Part shown: one piece after another, positions 14,706 through 17,129 of the stretch | How the letters are laid out: every line of letters begins with the position of its first letter | How positions within the stretch are numbered: the stretch's first letter is position 1 | NCBI GenBank assembly: GCA_050506795.1 | Contig: JBJHCF010000066.1 | Location: 1 to 17,129 of the forward strand | Reading direction: 5' to 3' | Length of the DNA: 17,129 nt | Source of the DNA: Opitutia bacterium | Lineage (GTDB): Bacteria; Verrucomicrobiota; Verrucomicrobiia; Opitutales; T3Sed10-336 | Translations under genes and position numbers: made by a program | The notes under the pieces: model-generated | The model's database searches: none | What the model was told of the DNA's origin: nothing | What the model saw: the letters and a program-made list of their open reading frames with translations, nothing else

Positions 14706-16796
14706 CTAGGGGCTGTCGGGCCGTCGGAGGCGGAAGAAACGCTGGGGGTCCTCGGTTGGCAATTCAACTGTCATTTCGCCTTCCTGAGCCGGAACGGCGT
14801 TTTCGACAGCGGACCACTCGCTTTCCCCGAGGTCATCCGTGGTTTCGAGAATCCATCCGGCTTCGCCTGAGGTCCAGGACAATCGGATACCGCCCAGCTC
14901 GCCCATTGAGATCGACTCGGCCCGAAGGCCTGGCCCTGGAAGGTCGCCGGTTTCGGGAAGGTCGCCAAGGCGCAGGATCGTTCCGTTGCCCCCCACCGCC
15001 CATCCGGTGTCAAAATCGAAGAGGTGAATCGCATTGAGCGGATTGGACGTAACGGAACTGACAGTAACGCCGCTTCCGAATTCCAGTGCCGTCCAGTTTT
15101 CCCCGCCGTCGTTCGTGTGGGCCATCAAACCGATCGTGCCGACGATCCTGCCGTTCTGTGCGTCCGAAAACCGAACCTTTTGCGCGCCAATAATAGTGCT
15201 GAGACCACTGAATAGCTCTGCTTGCTGGGTCCAGGTCACACCGCCGTCGGTAGTGTGCAATATTCCCGAACCCCCGACCGCCCAACCGGTCATCGTATCG
15301 AGGAAAAACACGTCGCTTAAATTCCAGGTCTTGCCGCTTTCCTGAGGGGTCCAGGTTTCCCCGCCGTTGGTGGTGTGAAGGATCATCCCGGAATTGCCGA
15401 CCACCCAACCGCGGTCGGCGTCCAGGAAGTACACGCCGTTCGCCTGGGAAATCCCGGCGGGATGCTGAGGCTCCCAACTCAGACCGCCGTCCGAAGTGTG
15501 CAGAATGAGACCGTTGCCGGACTGGCGTCCAACGATCCAGCCCCGATCGGCGTCGACGAATTGCACGTCGTCCAAAACGACCGTTCCGCTCGGCAAGGTC
15601 GCGTGCTGGCTCCAGGTCTGACCGGCGTCCGAGGTGTGCAGGATGAACCGGTTGTTGCCCACGATCCAACCGCGGCTATCGCTGACGAAGGACATGGCAT
15701 TGTACTGTGAGGCCGAAGAAGACACGTCGAGCCGATTCCAGGTGTGCCCGCCGTTGGTGGTACGAAATACGGTTCGTGACGTCCCCACCGCCCAGCCGCG
15801 CAAACGGTCCGAGAACCAGACGTCGTTCAGGCCGCTGCGGACGCCGCCCAGCACCGGACTCCAGCTGGAACCCCCATTGGTTGTCCGGCTGATCGCACCA
15901 TTAATTGCTAACGCCCAACCGTTTTGATCGTCCGAAAAATGCGCCATAGTTCCCGGAGGACTGACGGTCACCTGTGTCCAGGTTTCCCCTCCGTCAATCG
16001 TCCGTAAGTACCGGGATCCGAATATCCAGCCGTTGTCCCGGTCGAGGAATTGGATTTTTTGGAATGATCCCGCGCCGAAATCCTGAGGCTCCCAAGTTTC
16101 GCCGCCATCGGTTGTCCGTCGCAGAAAAGAGTTTCCCGTCGCCCAACCGTTTTGGGCATCCGCAAAATAAATGGCATTGATTGCATTGCTAAACCCACTG
16201 GGATGAGGCGCCCACGTGGCTCCGCCATCCGTGCTGCGCACCAGGGTACCGCTGGCTCCCGCCGCCCAGGCGTTGTCGGCGTCGATGAAATGAATGGAGG
16301 TTAACCGTGAATTGCTGCCTGTGCTCACGGTGATCCAGTTCACCCCGCCGTCGGTGGTGCGAACCATATTGGGAGACCCTCCGCCTCCACCGACGCCCCA
16401 GCCGTTCATAGGGTCGGAAAAGTGCAAGGCTTCGATTGCCGATGGGACGAAGCTGGAGGCGGGAAGCCAGGATTCCCCGCCGTCGGTGGTGCGCAGAAGT
16501 GTGCCCCACATTCCCCCGATCCAACCGCGATTTTCATCGAGAAAGTAAACGGATTCCAGGTCATATCGGGTGCCCGAATCGACCAGACGCCAGCTCTGCC
16601 CCCCGTCGGTCGTTTTCAGGATCGTACCCACGTTGCCCACCGCGATGGCGGTATCGCCGTCAAGGGCATGAATGTCATTCATGAAGTTTCCGTTCGGCAA
16701 TGGATTGTGCCAGGTCCAGTCCGAAGGATCGCCGTACAAAAATTGCGTGGCCGCTCCAACCAGAGCAGCCAGGATAAAACCAATGGTAACACGCAT
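14706..16796 (-). CDS. Secreted YCF48-like/BNR (Asp-box) double beta-propeller protein with a C-terminal Verrucomicrobia-type domain
   Basis: Start ATG 16796 with GGAG/AAGG upstream, then a signal-peptide-like MRVTIGFILAALVGAATQFLYG. It contains 13 Asp boxes (TTDGG.SW type) in ~42-aa repeats plus a closing blade GWAVGGNGTILR, giving about 14 blades. The tail reads IRLSW...WILETTDDL...W...RFFRLRRP. Confidence 0.88.
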   Translation of the reverse strand: MRVTIGFILAALVGAATQFLYGDPSDWTWHNPLPNGNFMNDIHALDGDTAIAVGNVGTILKTTDGGQSWRLVDSGTRYDLESVYFLDENRGWIGGMWGTLLRTTDGGESWLPASSFVPSAIEALHFSDPMNGWGVGGGGGSPNMVRTTDGGVNWITVSTGSNSRLTSIHFIDADNAWAAGASGTLVRSTDGGATWAPHPSGFSNAINAIYFADAQNGWATGNSFLRRTTDGGETWEPQDFGAGSFQKIQFLDRDNGWIFGSRYLRTIDGGETWTQVTVSPPGTMAHFSDDQNGWALAINGAISRTTNGGSSWSPVLGGVRSGLNDVWFSDRLRGWAVGTSRTVFRTTNGGHTWNRLDVSSSASQYNAMSFVSDSRGWIVGNNRFILHTSDAGQTWSQHATLPSGTVVLDDVQFVDADRGWIVGRQSGNGLILHTSDGGLSWEPQHPAGISQANGVYFLDADRGWVVGNSGMILHTTNGGETWTPQESGKTWNLSDVFFLDTMTGWAVGGSGILHTTDGGVTWTQQAELFSGLSTIIGAQKVRFSDAQNGRIVGTIGLMAHTNDGGENWTALEFGSGVTVSSVTSNPLNAIHLFDFDTGWAVGGNGTILRLGDLPETGDLPGPGLRAESISMGELGGIRLSWTSGEAGWILETTDDLGESEWSAVENAVPAQEGEMTVELPTEDPQRFFRLRRPDSP

Positions 16797-17002
16797 AAGC
16801 AGCCTTTCTCCGAGGCGAGAATAGTGGCATGGAGGGGAGGCAACAAGCAGGCTGTCGATCGCCACCCCAATTTCAGGCATTCTCTGATGCCGACGGAAGC
16901 CTTTCACCACATCCACGATGCAGTAACCCAGATCGAAAGAATCTTCGCTATTTGAGGTGGGCTCCGAATCAGTGATTTCTGGGAACTGGCACCCCCGAAA
17001 AT

Positions 17003-17122
17003 GTCCGGCTGAAGCACGGACCTACGTGGCGGAATTCGTAGCGCCCTGCTTAAGCGGGCGTCTGTGCGGTGTGCGGACGGCGGATCCCGTCACGGAACCT
17101 CCGGCTGACGCCCCGGACCTAT
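17003..17122. repeat. Cluster of three GTAG-type REP sequences in alternating orientation (BIME-like)
   Basis: Minus strand 17003-17025 GTAG-GTCCGTGC-TTCA-GCCGGAC; plus strand 17038-17060 GTAG-CGCCCTGC-TTAA-GCGGGCG; minus strand 17100-17122 ATAG-GTCCGGGGC-GTCA-GCCGGA. Each is a tetranucleotide foot plus a bulged GC-rich stem. Confidence 0.75.
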
Positions 17123-17129
17123 GCAAAAA

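Noticed and set aside
14946..16730. Periodic nucleotide repeats (CCGCCGTCGGT / CCAACCG) as a CRISPR-like array
   Set aside because: They are degenerate, in-frame and fully explained by the encoded Asp-box repeats. No cas genes are present.
16797..16916. 40-aa N-terminal extension of the propeller protein in the ORF track
   Set aside because: The signal peptide and Shine-Dalgarno fit the ATG at 16796.

Overview
GC-rich bacterial window, probably Verrucomicrobiota/PVC (inferred from the C-terminal domain of the last gene and the tandem pilT pair). The left ~7.8 kb is the end of a defence island. It holds the C-terminus of a PaeR7I/XhoI-type DNA methyltransferase, its cognate PD-(D/E)XK restriction endonuclease, a lower-GC 2124-aa protein with TPR repeats and what look like two complementary half-degenerate PIN-like repeats (no NTPase motif), and a 5'-truncated VapC toxin remnant that the ORF track misses. 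The right ~9.3 kb looks like host backbone: an SDR oxidoreductase, a cupin, two tandem PilT/PilU-family ATPases, a class I SAM methyltransferase, a GH4 alpha-galactosidase (melA-like) behind a cluster of palindromic operator-like sites, and a secreted YCF48/BNR double beta-propeller. The 590-bp gap between melA and the propeller gene is a composite of IS4-type inverted repeats enclosing several unrelated palindromic repeats. A cluster of three GTAG-type REPs sits at the right edge. The strongest candidate for a new system is the giant TPR-PIN protein linked to the type II R-M pair. All family assignments come from motif recognition by eye; no searches were run.
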